A DNA stretch of 64,000 nt from an uncultured Acidimicrobiia bacterium (GCA_963826825.1 CAWGYV010000005.1:10948-74947); one strand, 5' to 3'. Counted from the stretch's first letter, positions 21,062 through 32,090 are shown. Made by a program: numbers and translations. The notes: generated by a model not told the origin, from the letters alone.

Positions 21062-22676
21062 GTGCAGGCCTACGTCGAGCCATTCACCGACGACGAAGTG
21101 GCCGTTCTATCCCGGTTCTTCACCAACGTCGATCAGCCCGTCTTCGCCCTGATGAATCTGCCCGAGGTGGTCAAGGGGGCCCTCTTCGCCCGCTACAGCC
21201 GGAGCGCCAAATCGCTCCGCCGGCTGTTCCTCGACGAGTTCGTCGCCGACCCCGAGGCCGGGATCGAGACTCTCGTCGGCGGAGCTGAGCCAGGACTTGA
21301 CATCGACCGTGCGGAGCGGCTCTACCAGCGGGTGTTCGTCGAGTACGGCGACGACTCGGTGGCGCAGTTGGGTGGTGCCCACCTGGCGGTCGAGCAGGGG
21401 TCGAACCTGCTCACCAAGGCGCTGGAGTGGGGCCGGCTGGCCGCATACCTCGAGCAGAGCACCCGGTATATCCCGTACGACACCAGGCTCGGCGACCGGC
21501 ACCGCTACGTGGTGCCGCCCGAGATCGAAGAATCTCCGCTTCGGCGACGCTACGTCTCCTGGGTCGCCTCGCTGTTCGATGCCTACGGCGAGATGCTGGG
21601 CGGGATGAAGGAGCACTACGAGAGACGGTTCCCGTTGCCTGAGGGTGAGTCACCCCGGCCGTGGGCCGCGTCGCTCCGAGCAAAGGCGTTCGATGCGGTC
21701 CGGGGGGTGCTTCCGGCAGCAACCTCGTCCAATGTTGGTGTATTCGCCAGCGGGCAGGCATGGGAGATGGCGCTCGTCAGGATGCGCGCCCACCCACTGG
21801 CCGAGGTCCGCCAGTGCGCCGACGCCATGCTGGTCGAGCTTCGCAGGGTGATCCCGTCGTTCCTTCGCCGGGTGGACGTACCCGACCGAGGCGATGAATG
21901 GACGACCTATCTGGCCGATGTTCGGGAGCGGCTCGAGGACATCGCAGCCGGCCTCAGCGGGCCCGACCCGCAGCCTGGGCCAAGCGTGTCACTGATCGAC
22001 TGGGACGAGGACGCCGAGACCAAGGTCGCCGCGGCAGCCCTTTACCCGGGAAGCAATCTCGCCGATAAAGACGTGCTCGAAGCGGTGGCCGCCATGAGCG
22101 AGGGCGAGCGGGCGCAGATCCTGGCGGCAGCCGTCGGCGACCGCCGCAACCGGAGACACAAACCGGGACGAGCCTTCGAGCGGGCCGTCTACCGGTTCGA
22201 TGTGGTCTGTGACTTCGGCGCATTCCGCGACCTGCAACGCCATCGGATGATGACCATCGAATGGCAGCGGCTCGGCGCCAGGCTTGGCCACGACACTCCG
22301 CCCGATATCCTTGAGGCGGGGATGGAGGGATTGTGGAGTGGGGTGATGGAGAATGCTTGTGAGATCCACCATGAGGTCGAGACCGACGTTGGGCGACGAT
22401 GTCGCCCAGTACGTGCTGCCTCTCGCCTTCAACATCAGGTTCGTTATGGAAATGAACGCACGCCAGGCGATGCACCTCATCGAGCTCCGCTCGCAGCCGG
22501 CCGGACACCGCACCTACCGACAGGTGGCGCTCGAGATGCACCGCGCCATCGGAGAGGTTGCCGGTCACCGGCTCATCGCCGATGCGATGAGGTACGTCGA
22601 CAGCTCCGACGTGGGGTTGGAGAGGCTCGAAGGGGAACGACGCGCCGAGCAGCGGCGCCACGCTCTTGGAGCGTGA
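21062..22676 (+). CDS. two-domain ThyX-like FAD-dependent thymidylate synthase family protein (one frame change near 22360)
   Basis: KGALFARYSRS is in the first half and FRDLQRHRMMT in the second (ORF 20678..22723). The tail LPLAFNIRFVMEMNARQAMHLIELRSQPAGH is in ORF 22353..22676. The GTG start at 21062 is my choice. Confidence 0.7.
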
Positions 22677-24003
22677 TGTGGCCTTCCCCGAGTCTTCGCC
22701 TGACCTCGACCCAGGAGAGCTGAGCACCCCTCCTCCCGGGCTGAAGCGGACGACGCTGGCCTTCATCGATCCGGTCATCGAACGCAGCTATCAGCTTGTC
22801 GCCGGTGCCGCCAATACCCGCGACCTGGTCATCGGATTCCTGCTCGGAACCGGTCTCTGGGTGTTCGGAGCATGGATCGTCGACGCCAATACCCCGATCA
22901 AGCCGGGGCCGCTCCTGATCATCTGCGGTGGGATGGTCCTCGTCAACATCGTCGGGCTGATCGCAGTGCGCCGCGCCCGGACGCTCGACCAGCAGCAGTG
23001 GCTGGCCGGCGGTGTCAACAGCCTCAGCGGGATCGCCCTTCTCCTGCTCGCCGAGCAGGCGCTCTATTTCGGACGGCTGGCGGTGCCCGCGGTGATGCTG
23101 GCCGCTTTGTTTGCCTTCGTAGCGCTCCGGCTCCGTTTCGTTGCCGCCGCTGCTGCCGTCCTCCCCTACCTCGCCCTCTACATCGTCCTGGCGATCGACA
23201 CCTTTGCCGAATTCCGCGGGCTCGATTTCTTCCTGGTCGGATCCGCGGTGGTCGCCTCGATCGTCGGCGCGTACACCCTTGAGATCGCCCAACGGCGGGT
23301 CTTCGCCCAGCAGCGCACGATCGCGGTGCAGAAGGCGGAGATCGAGCTGGAACGAGCCAAGTCGGACCGACTTCTCCTCGCGGTCCTCCCTCCTTCCATT
23401 GCCCAGCGGCTGCGCGATAACCCCGGCGTCATCGCCGATCGAGCCGAGGAAGTGACAGTCATCTTCGCCGACCTGGTCAACTTCACCCCATTGGCCGAGC
23501 AGATAGCGCCTGAGGAGGTGGTCGATCTGCTCGACTCGGTCTTCTCACAATTCGACGACCGCACAGTGGAGCTCGGGTTGGAGAAGATCAAGACCATGGG
23601 CGACGCCTACATGGCGGCCGGCGGGCTCCCAGAGCCGCTCGAGGACCATGCGGTCAGGGCTATCAGGCTCGGCTTCACGATGCTCGAGGTCGTGGAGAAA
23701 GAGGCGGTCAAGCGCTCGCTCCCGCTGGCATTGCGCGTCGGGATCCACACCGGAACCGTCGTTGCCGGTGTGATCGGCAAGCAGCGGTTCTCGTACGACC
23801 TATGGGGTGACGCGGTCAACATCGCCAGCCGGATGGAGTCGCACGGTGTGCCCGGGGCCATCCAGGTGAGCGAGGCGACCAAAGAGCTCGTCGAGGTGGA
23901 GTTCCCCTGTCTGCTCCACAAGGAACTCGAGGTGAAGGGCCACGGGACCATGGGCGTCTACATCGTCCAGCCCCCCTTCGAGATCGAAGAACCGCCCCGC
24001 TGA
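22666..24003 (+). CDS. membrane-anchored class III adenylate/guanylate cyclase
   Basis: Uninterrupted 445-aa ORF. A multi-TM N-domain is followed by VTVIFADLVNFTPL, KIKTMGDAYMAAGGLP, RVGIHTGTVVAGVIG and YDLWGDAVNIASRMES. Confidence 0.9.
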   Translation: MERDVAFPESSPDLDPGELSTPPPGLKRTTLAFIDPVIERSYQLVAGAANTRDLVIGFLLGTGLWVFGAWIVDANTPIKPGPLLIICGGMVLVNIVGLIAVRRARTLDQQQWLAGGVNSLSGIALLLLAEQALYFGRLAVPAVMLAALFAFVALRLRFVAAAAAVLPYLALYIVLAIDTFAEFRGLDFFLVGSAVVASIVGAYTLEIAQRRVFAQQRTIAVQKAEIELERAKSDRLLLAVLPPSIAQRLRDNPGVIADRAEEVTVIFADLVNFTPLAEQIAPEEVVDLLDSVFSQFDDRTVELGLEKIKTMGDAYMAAGGLPEPLEDHAVRAIRLGFTMLEVVEKEAVKRSLPLALRVGIHTGTVVAGVIGKQRFSYDLWGDAVNIASRMESHGVPGAIQVSEATKELVEVEFPCLLHKELEVKGHGTMGVYIVQPPFEIEEPPR

Positions 24004-24005
24004 CA

Positions 24006-24224
24006 TCAACCCTGCGGGCGGAGTGGGATGCGGAGGACCAGATGGTCCCCCTCCACCTCCCAAGTAGCGCTTGCTACCAGCCCGAAGTCGGTGAAGTCCA
24101 TCTCGGCCTGCTCGAGGAATCGGCGTCTCTCCTCCCCGGCGACAGGTGGCAGGTTGCGCTCCTTGACCGCGTCCGCCCGCTCCCGGTACCGCGCCAGCAT
24201 CGCATCGACATCGAATTCAGCCAT
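24006..24224 (-). CDS. small hypothetical protein (72 aa)
   Basis: Internal ATG of ORF 24006..24377(-): MAEFDVDAMLARYRERADAVKERNLPP... The upstream part of that ORF runs through the heptamer arrays and is discounted. Confidence 0.4.
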   Translation of the reverse strand: MAEFDVDAMLARYRERADAVKERNLPPVAGEERRRFLEQAEMDFTDFGLVASATWEVEGDHLVLRIPLRPQG

Positions 24225-24278
24225 TTGGAAACTCAGGCATCTGGCGTCCTCATCTCGCTGATTCGACCCTAACTGCGC

Positions 24279-24310
24279 AGACGGAAGTCGGAAGACGGAA
24301 GACGAAAGGA
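24279..24310 (+). repeat. tandem heptamer array, GACGGNN family (AGACGGA, AGTCGGA, AGACGGA, AGACGAA)
   Basis: Read directly. Confidence 0.95.
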
Positions 24311-24330
24311 AAACGCCAAGTCTCAAAGCA

Positions 24331-24358
24331 CCGTCCGCCGTCCGCCGTCCGCCGTCCC
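24331..24358 (-). repeat. tandem heptamer array, GACGGCG family on the opposite strand (CCGTCCG x3, CCGTCCC)
   Basis: Read directly. It ends 1 nt before the TTG start of the ArsA-like gene. Confidence 0.95.
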
Positions 24359-25239
24359 TTGAGTAATAACCTCGCACCCGTGATCGACCGCAGCCTTATC
24401 GTCGTAAGTGGCAAGGGCGGGGTGGGGAAGTCGGCGGTGAGCGCTGCCATCGCTCTCATGGCGCAGCGCGCCGGGAAGAAGGTTCTCTTGCTGGCGATGG
24501 CACCGGGTCCCGGCCTCGCCGCCCACCTTGGGATCGGCTCATTGGAGTACGAGCCGATCGAGGTTCGACCCGGGCTACACGCCGCCGCGATCGACCGGGC
24601 GAAAGCCCTCACCGAGTACCTCCAGGCTCAGATGGGTGTTCCCAAGGTGGCGCGGTTCGGCCCGCTGGCGCGCGCTTTCGACGCCCTTGCATCGACTGCA
24701 CCTGGTATCCGCGAGGTCATCACCATGGGCAAGGTGCTCTACGAGGTGAGACAGCGCCGCTGGGACCTGGTGGTGGCGGACGCACCGCCGACCGGTCAGA
24801 TCGGCTCCCACCTGGTGGCACCTCGGACGGTGGCCGACCTGGTCCCCACCGGCCGGGTCAAGGGACAGGCCAGTTGGATGGATGCCATCCTCGGCGACCC
24901 AGACCGCAGTGGTCTCCTCCTGGTGATCCCTCGCCGAGGAGTTGCCGGTCAATGAGACCAAGGAGGCGCTCGCCTGGCTCGACGAGCATCAGGTGATCGA
25001 CGTTCTCCCACCGGTGGTCAATCGGGTGCTGCCAAAGCTCGAGGTGACTGCCGCGGCTGTCCGCCGCTTGGAGGAGGGGCCAGTGCGGGACGCCGCCCAA
25101 CTCCACCGCTCGCTGTACGCCGGCCAGCAGGAGTGGCTCGATGACCTGCCCGCCCGGACCGCGTCTCCCCTACCTGTTCGGCCTCAACACCCCAGGCGAA
25201 GTCGCGGTGCGTCTCTCCGACCTCCTGGAGGCGGCGTGA
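24359..25239 (+). CDS. ArsA/Get3-family ATPase, first of a pair (at least two frame changes)
   Basis: P-loop VVSGKGGVGKSAVSAA is in ORF 24359..24955, continuing in ORF 24942..26225. Own translation gives the tail LPYLFGLNTPGEVAVRLSDLLEAA-stop. The stop overlaps the next GTG (GTGA, 25236-25239). Confidence 0.75.
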
Positions 25240-26272
25240 CCCGGGCACTCCTCGTCACCGGGGGTGGTGGGGTGGGCAAGACCACGCTGGCCGCAGGGCT
25301 GGCGGTGACGGCGGCACGGCGCGGGATCGAGGCTCTGGTGGTGACCGTCGACCCGGCGCGGCGGCTCGCCGACGCCCTCGGGCAGGTCAAGCTCGGATCG
25401 GAGCCGGTCCGTCATCCCGACCAACCGCAGCCTGTGGGCGGCCATGCTCGACGCCACCGCCTCCTGGCGCGCCATCGTCGAGCGCCATGCAACACCCGAG
25501 GCGGCCGGAAGGCTCCTCGACAGCGAGTTCTTCACGGCGGCGACCGGCCACTTCCCGGCCAGCCAGTCGTACGCCGCCGCCGAGGAGATGGCTGCCTACC
25601 TGGAGGCGAAGGTCTGGGATCTGGTCGTGGTGGACACGCCTCCATCGGCCGGGGGGATCGAGTTCTTCACCGCACCCGCCCAGATGGCGGATCTGATCGG
25701 CGGGCGGCTCCTCCGATGGCTGACCGGCGCCGGGTTGCCGGGAAGGCAGGTCTTCTTCGATCTCGCCGCCCGACCGGCGCTTCGGGTAGCCGACAGCGTC
25801 CTCGGATCCAACCTGCTGGAACGGGTGGCTCAGTTCCTCATGGACCTCCGCACCACCTACGACGGGGTGTCCCGCCGTGCCAAGGAGATCGAACGGCTCC
25901 TGCGCCGGAGCGCGACAGTGGTGGTCACCACATCCGATCCCGGGCCGATGCGCGAGGCAGTCCGCTTCTTCCTCGAACTCCCCGATGTGGCGGGACGTCC
26001 TGCGGCCGTCGTTTTCAATCGCGCCCTCCCGGGGAGCTGGGCCGATGCCCACCCGGAGCGCGATCTGCCGACTGCGCTGGCCGAGAACCTGGAGCGCTGG
26101 GGCGCAGAGGCGCGCCGGCAGGCCGATGTCCGCCACGAGTTCGCCTCGCGGTACCGGGCCACCCTGTCGACGGTGCCCTGGGAGCCATCGGCACCGACGG
26201 ATCTCGACTGCGCTCGAGGCGCTGATCGAGAGCGCCGACGGTCTCCCTCTCACCGACCTCGGGGTCGGGTGA
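25236..26272 (+). CDS. ArsA/Get3-family ATPase, second of the pair (at least two frame changes)
   Basis: VTGGGGVGKTTLAAGLA and VVTVDPARRLADALG are in ORF 24942..26225. The middle is in ORF 25444..26328 and the tail LEALIESADGLPLTDLGVG in ORF 25877..26272. Confidence 0.75.
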
Positions 26273-26332
26273 TCCGTCGGCCGCATGACTCGCCAGCGGG
26301 GACGGTGGCCAAACCGGGTAACCTGTAGAGAG

Positions 26333-27201
26333 GTGAGCGACCCCGCTGCGGCCGCCGCCTTCTTCGATCTCGACCGCACCCTCATCAGCGGCTCGTCTGT
26401 GTTCGTGTTCGCCGTCGAGGCGTGGCGCGCCGGGGTCGTCCCCACGTCGGAGATGGTCGGCGCAACCGCCGAAGCGCTTGGCCTTCCGGCTAGTCGGTGC
26501 CACCGACGAGCGGTCCGACGAGGTCCGGATGCGTTTGCTGGCCAAGGTCGAGGGGGCGTCGGTCGAGGAACTCGACGCCGTCGCCCGGACGGTCCTACCC
26601 AAGTTGGTCGACCGGGTGCGTCCCGAGTCGCGCGGTCTCCTCAAGATGCACGCCGATGCCGGCAGGGACACATGGATCGTCTCGGCGTCGCCGCGAGGCC
26701 ATCATCGAGCCGCTGGCCCACGCACTTGCCATGACCGGCGGCATCGGCACCAAGGCGGTCGTGGCAGATGGGCGCTACACCTCGGAGTTCGACGGCAGCT
26801 TCGTCTACGGGCAGGGAAAGGCGGAGGCGATCCAGAAGCTCGTGGCGGACCGGGGCTACGACCTGAGCCGGAGCTACGCCTACAGCGACTCGGTGTCCGA
26901 CCTGCCGATGATGGAACTCGTCGGCCATCCCGTGGCAGTCAACCCCGACGGTCCGCTCGAGGACGTAGCCCACGACCGGGGATGGCCGATCGTCGTCTTC
27001 GCCCGCAAGACCAAGCGCGCCATCGCCCTCGGAACCGCCACCGGTGGCGCGATGATGGCCGCTGGGATCGCATACGCCCTCGGCCGGAGGCACGGCCGGG
27101 TGGCTGCACTGACCGAGACCGTGGCGCTGCTCGCGGAGCAGTCCGACCTGGCACGCACCGTCCGGCGACAGGCAGTCGCCCGCGGACTGATCTGCGCGTA
27201 G
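26333..27201 (+). CDS. HAD-IB family hydrolase (SerB-like) with C-terminal TM segment (two frame changes)
   Basis: FFDLDRTLISGSS (DxDxT) is in ORF 26285..26734. YSDSVSDLPMMELVGHPVAVNP is in ORF 26497..27201. The GTG at 26333 is preceded by AGAGAGG. Confidence 0.75.
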
Positions 27202-27231
27202 AGCACCGTTGGGAGTTAGGCAGCCCCCCTA

Positions 27232-27250
27232 CCCGCTGCTCCGCAGCGGG
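27232..27250 (+). terminator. hairpin CCCGCTGC-TCC-GCAGCGGG, 30 nt after the HAD hydrolase stop
   Basis: Read directly. 8-bp GC stem, no U-tract. Same core as the hairpins at 19518 and 34309. Confidence 0.4.
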
Positions 27251-27309
27251 CCCTTCCCCCCTGCGGGGGGACGGAGAGAAAGTGCGCCCTTCCCCGCCGG
27301 GGGACGGAG
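27250..27309 (+). repeat. two direct copies of a C-run/G-run hairpin module (GCCCTTCCCC..GGGGGACGGAG)
   Basis: GCCCTTCCCCCCTGCGGGGGGACGGAG at 27250-27276 and GCCCTTCCCCGCCGGGGGACGGAG at 27286-27309. Confidence 0.9.
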
Positions 27310-27335
27310 GGGTGGGCTCGTCCTCCTTCCTCTGG

Positions 27336-27377
27336 CGTCCGCCGTCTGCCGTCCGCCGTCTGCCGTCTGCCGTCTCT
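27336..27377 (-). repeat. tandem heptamer array, GACGGNN family on the minus strand (CGTCCGC/CGTCTGC, six units)
   Basis: Read directly. The last unit abuts the dnaE stop codon (27377-27379). Confidence 0.95.
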
Positions 27378-30300
27378 CAGACAATCGCTCCGGAGCCGAA
27401 GAGTTCGCGGAGTTCGGCGTAGAGGGCGCTGCGGGGCTCGACGCGGTGTTCGTCACCCAGCTTGAGCACCTTGTGGTTGCCGTTTCCCACCATGTGGAGG
27501 AACACCGGAGAGGCTACCGGGGTGGTTGCCGAGGATCTCCTTGAGCCGTCCGACCGCCCGCGGTGAGAGGGCCGCTGCTGGAGATCTTCGAGCCGGACCT
27601 CGTCGGCGCCACGGACCTCGAGTTCCTTGATCTCCCGTGCGACGACCTTGATGTCGTCGCCGCGGTGGTCGAGACGACCGCTGACCACGACGATCGCACC
27701 CTCGCGGATGACACCGAGGGCCTCGGCGGCGACCTTGGGGAAGGCCACCACCTCGACCGAACCCTCCAGGTCCTCACATTGGAAGAAGAGCATCGCTTCG
27801 CCGTTCCGGGTGAACCGCCGGTTTATGGCACCGACCATCCCCCCGATGGTGACAGGAGGCCCCGTCAGGCTGCTCCCACAACTCGGGCACGCCCGAACTG
27901 GATACCCGACGGAGCGAGGTCGTCACGCCGAGGAGGGGATGGTCGGAGACGTACAGACCGAGCATCTCCCTCTCGAAGGCGAGCTTGACCTTCTGGTCCC
28001 ACTCACCCTCGGGCAGCGCCAGCACCACCTCCCCCACCTCCTGGGGCATCGCCGCCGAAGAGGGTGTACTGGCCCATCTCCTCGTTGCGGCGGCGCACCA
28101 ACGTCGCCTCGAGCCACTGCTCGTATACGAGGATCAGCGACCGTCTCGAATGACCCATCCCGTCGAAGGCGCCCGCCTTGATCAGCGATTCGATGGTGCG
28201 CTTGTTGAGGACCATCGGGTCTACCCGGTCGATGAAGTCCTGGAAGTGGGCGAACGGCTCGCCGGAGGTGCGTTCCTCGATGATCCGCTCGACCACCCCC
28301 TCGCCGACGTTGCGGACCGCAGACAGCCCGAACCGGATATCGCCCCTCGTACACCGAGAAGTCCATCTGCGACGTGTTGACGTCGGGGGTGAGGACCTGC
28401 ACACCCATGGCGCGGCACTCGTTGAGGTACACCGCCGTCCGGTCCTTGTCCCTCTTGGTGGCGGTGAGCATCGCCGCCATGTACTCGGCGGGGTAGTGCG
28501 CCTTGAGCCACGCCGTCTGGTATGCGATGAGCCCGTAACAGGCGGCATGGGCCAGGTTGAACCCGTAACCGGCGAAGTGCTCGATCAGCGCGAACAGTTG
28601 TCTCGCCCAGCGCCTCGCTGTGACCCCTCGCCGTGCAGCCGGCGACGAACTTCTCCTCCTCGGCGCGCATCACCGCCGGGATCTTCTTGCCCATGGCGCG
28701 GCGCAGGTTCTCCGCCTCTGCCATCGAGTAGCCCGCCATGACCTCGGCCACCTGGAGCACCTGCTCCTGGTACACCATGATCCCGTAGCTGCGCTCCAGG
28801 ATCGGCGCCATGTCGGGGTGGAGGACCTCGACGGCCGCCCGGCCGTTCTTGCGGTCGGCGTAGAGAGTGTGCATCCCGGCTCTCATCGGGCCTGGTCGGT
28901 AGAGCGCCACCAGGGCGATGACGTCCTCGAACCGGTCGGGTGCCAGGTTTCGGATCAACCCGCGCATCGCCGAGCCTTCCAGTTGGAAGACGCCGATCGT
29001 CTGAGCGGAGCGGAGCAGCTCGAAGGTGATCTCGTCGTCCAGCGGCACGTTGTCGATGTCGACCATCGGGCGGCCTGCTGGCGCCGCCGACTCGGCGGAC
29101 CCAGACTCGGCGGACGACGCCTCGATCAACTCGAGCGTCCTCTCCATGATCGAGAGGTTCCTCAACCCGAGGAAGTCCATCTTGAGCAGACCGAGGTCCT
29201 CGATGGCGTGCATCTCGTACTGGGTCACGACCTCGGCGCCGTCCCCCTTCTGCTGGATCGGGATGTGCTCGGTCAGTGGGACCGGTGAGATGACGACGGC
29301 GGCGGCGTGGATCGAGTCCTGGCGGCGCAGGCCCTCGAGATTGCGCGCCACGTCGGCCACGCTCCGGATGTCCGGATCGGTGGCGTACGCCTCGCGAAGA
29401 CCGGAGGCGTTGGCGTGCCAGTCCTTTGTGTTCCCGTCGGCGTCCTCGGGAAGGGGATCGAGGCACATGCCCAATGCCGCGTCCCGCCCAAGGATCGGAG
29501 GTGGCATGAGCTTGGCGGCCCGGTCACCCACACCGTACGGGTAGCCGAGGACACGGGCGGCGTCGCGCAGCGCCTGCTTCCCCTTGATGGTGGAGAAGGT
29601 GACGATCTGGGCGACGTGGTCCGATCCGTACTTCTCGGCGGCATAGCGGATGACGTCGGCTCTGTAGCGCTCGTCGAAGTCCATGTCGATGTCGGGAAGC
29701 TGGCGCCGCCCCGGGTTGAGGAAGCGCTCGAAGACGAGCCCGTAGCGCAGCGGGTCGAGGTCGGTGATCCTCAGGCAGTAGGCACACGATCGAGGCGGCG
29801 GAGCTCCCCCGGCCCGGCCCGATCCTGATCTTGCGCTCCCGGGCGTGGCTGATCAGGTCCCACACGATCAGGAAGTAGGCGGGGAAACCCATGCTCTCGA
29901 TCATGGAGAGCTCGTGTTCGATCCTCGTGGTGACCTCATCTGGCAGCGGGTCGCCGTAGCGCTGCACCGCGCCGCTCATCACCAACTGGCGGAGGTAGGT
30001 CGCCTCGGTGTGACCAGGAGGAACGGAGAACTGGGGCAGCAGGATCCTGCCGAACTCGAGGTCGACCGTTGCCCGCTCCGCCACCAGCAGCGTGTTGTCG
30101 CATGCACCGGGGTACTGATCGGAGGGGAAGATGCGCCTCATCTCCGCAGCCGACTTGAGATAGAACTCCTTGGCGTCGAAGCGGAACCGGTTGGGCTCGT
30201 CGCGGGTGGCACCGGTCTGGATGCAGAGCAGGACGTCGTGGGTCTCTGCCTCGTCCCGCCGCGTGTAATGGGCGTCGTTGGCGGCGAGAAGCGGTGCCCC

Positions 30301-30939
30301 GATACGCCGGGAGATGTCCACGAGGTCGGGGAGGATGCGGCGCTGCGGTTCCAACCCGTGGTCCTGGATCTCGATGAAGAAGTTGTCTTTTCCAAAGATG
30401 TCCTGGTAGTGGGCGGCCGCCGCCACCGCGGCATCGACATCGCGCACCGCCTCGGCTATGCCTTCCTCCCGCGACGCATCGGGGGCGAGGTGCTGCGCCA
30501 CCGGGCCACCCAGGCAGCCTGAGGTGGCGATGATCCCCTCCGAGTGCTCGGCGAGCAGCTCGGAGTCCATCCGGGGCTTGTAGTAGTACCCCTCGAGGTA
30601 GGCGCGGCTGGCCAGCTTCATCAGGTTGCGATAGCCAACCTCGCTCGCCGCCAGCAGCGTCATGTGGTACCGGATGTTCTGGCTGCGTACCGGTCGATCG
30701 AACCGGGAGCCCGGGGTGACATATGCCTCGATCCCGATCAACGGCTTTATGCCCTCTTCCCGGGCCGCCTTGACGAAGTCGACGACCCCGTACATCACAC
30801 CGTGATCGGTGATGGCGACCGCAGGCTGGCGGTCGGCGGCGGCGGCGGCGACCACCTCGCCGACCCGGGCCGCCCCGTCGAGCATGGAGAACTCGGTGTG
30901 GAGATGCAGATGGACGAAGGAGTCGCTCGCCGCCACCAC
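27377..30939 (-). CDS. dnaE: DNA polymerase III alpha subunit, at least six frame changes
   Basis: PHP N-terminus FVHLHLHTEFSMLDGA is in ORF 29524..30939. Ordered fragments follow in ORFs 28221..29684, 28003..28548, 27923..28480 and 27774..28049. The OB-fold tail is in ORF 27377..27838. Confidence 0.95.
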
Positions 30940-30942
30940 CGA

Positions 30943-31878
30943 TCAGCCCCGCTCTGAACTACACGCTTGGGATTCGCACCTTAGCCTGGAAAGCTGTCCG
31001 GGGGCGAGAGCGCGAAACCGGCTGGCGTCAGCCGAGAGGGTGACCAGGAGCACGGTGATGACCCCCACGGCGGCGGCAACGCCGACCCGCCTTGCCGGGT
31101 CCCTGGCCACCGTCGGCGACGACCAGAGAGCGCCGATTAGGACCCCCGCTAGCAGCCCGCCGAGATGCCCCTGCCAGGAGATGTTCTGCGAAGGTGAAGC
31201 CGAGTACCGCGTTGATCCCGAGCAGCACCAACAGCTGGGTGAGCTGGGCGCGCCCGACCGGTGTGGCGCGGGCCCGAAAGGCGTTCCACAACCAGACGCC
31301 GAAAAGCCCGAAGATTGCACCCGATGCTCCCGACCAGTACGTCGAAAGGGCCACCAAGGAAGAAGGCGGCGGCGCCGCCGGCAGCCGCCGAGCTGAGGTA
31401 GAGCGCGGCGAAGGCCGGACTGCCCACCCGCCGCTCCAGTTGCGGGCCAAAGATGTAAAGGGCCCACATGTTGAAAAGGATGTGATAGAAGCTCCGGGCG
31501 TGGAGGAAGGCGGCGGTGAACAGCCTCCACCACTCCCCCTGCGCCACAAGCTCAGTTGCTCTGGGCGAACGTCACGAACAGGTTCTCGTAGATCGTCGGA
31601 AGCAGCAGACTCGTCAGGAAGAACAGCACCGAGATCCCGATGAAGGTGAAGGTGACCGGCGCCGTTCTGGTCGTGGGCCTCGCCCAGCTTCGCCTGGCTT
31701 CGACCACCCGGTAGCGACCTTCCGGCTGGGCGCACTCGGGGCACTTCTGCCCCACCGCAGCGTCGACGCTGCACTCCACGCAGATCGGCTTGCCGCAGTT
31801 GGCGCAGGAGAGCCGGGTGAGCCGGTTGGGATGTCGGTAGCAGACGGGTGTCGCCCGCGAGACGGGCTCAGTGGTCAC
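30943..31878 (-). CDS. rhomboid-family intramembrane serine protease with N-terminal zinc-ribbon (several frame changes)
   Basis: CYRHPNRLTRLSCANCGKPICVEC is in ORF 31552..32001. WWRLFTAAFLHARSFYHILFNMWALYIFG is in 31149..31547. Catalytic GASGAIFGL is in 31028..31774 and QGHLGGLLAG in 30943..31533. I chose the GTG at 31878 so the gene does not run through the heptamer arrays. Confidence 0.8.
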
Positions 31879-31908
31879 GGTCCGGAAGACGGTAATGGGC
31901 GCTGGGGG

Positions 31909-31948
31909 TAGACGGCGGACGGCGGACGGCGGACGGCAGACGGCAGAG
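31909..31948 (+). repeat. tandem heptamer array, GACGGNN family (GACGGCG x3, GACGGCA x2, degenerate end)
   Basis: Read directly. It lies in the divergent gap between the rhomboid gene and pfk. Confidence 0.95.
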
Positions 31949-31994
31949 TCCGGCAGTGCTCGTGCATCGGCGTGACATCCCAGGCAGCTCATGA

Positions 31995-32022
31995 TACCCA
32001 CAACCCACTACTCCATCTACCC
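31995..32022 (-). repeat. degenerate heptamer array, GTAGTGG/GTGGGTW family on the minus strand (TACCCAC AACCCAC TACTCCA TCTACCC)
   Basis: Read directly. It is the reverse complement of the array type at 34328. Confidence 0.8.
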
Positions 32023-32090
32023 ATGACTCGGCAGCGAAGCTGCCGATCTCCGATCTAGCCTCCGATCCCCCTTAAATCACGGAGCGACAC

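Noticed and set aside
31879-32001. Extended N-terminus of the rhomboid gene (ORF 31552..32001 from its first start)
   Set aside because: That extension would translate straight through two heptamer arrays into low-complexity peptide. The zinc-ribbon domain starts right after the GTG at 31878.
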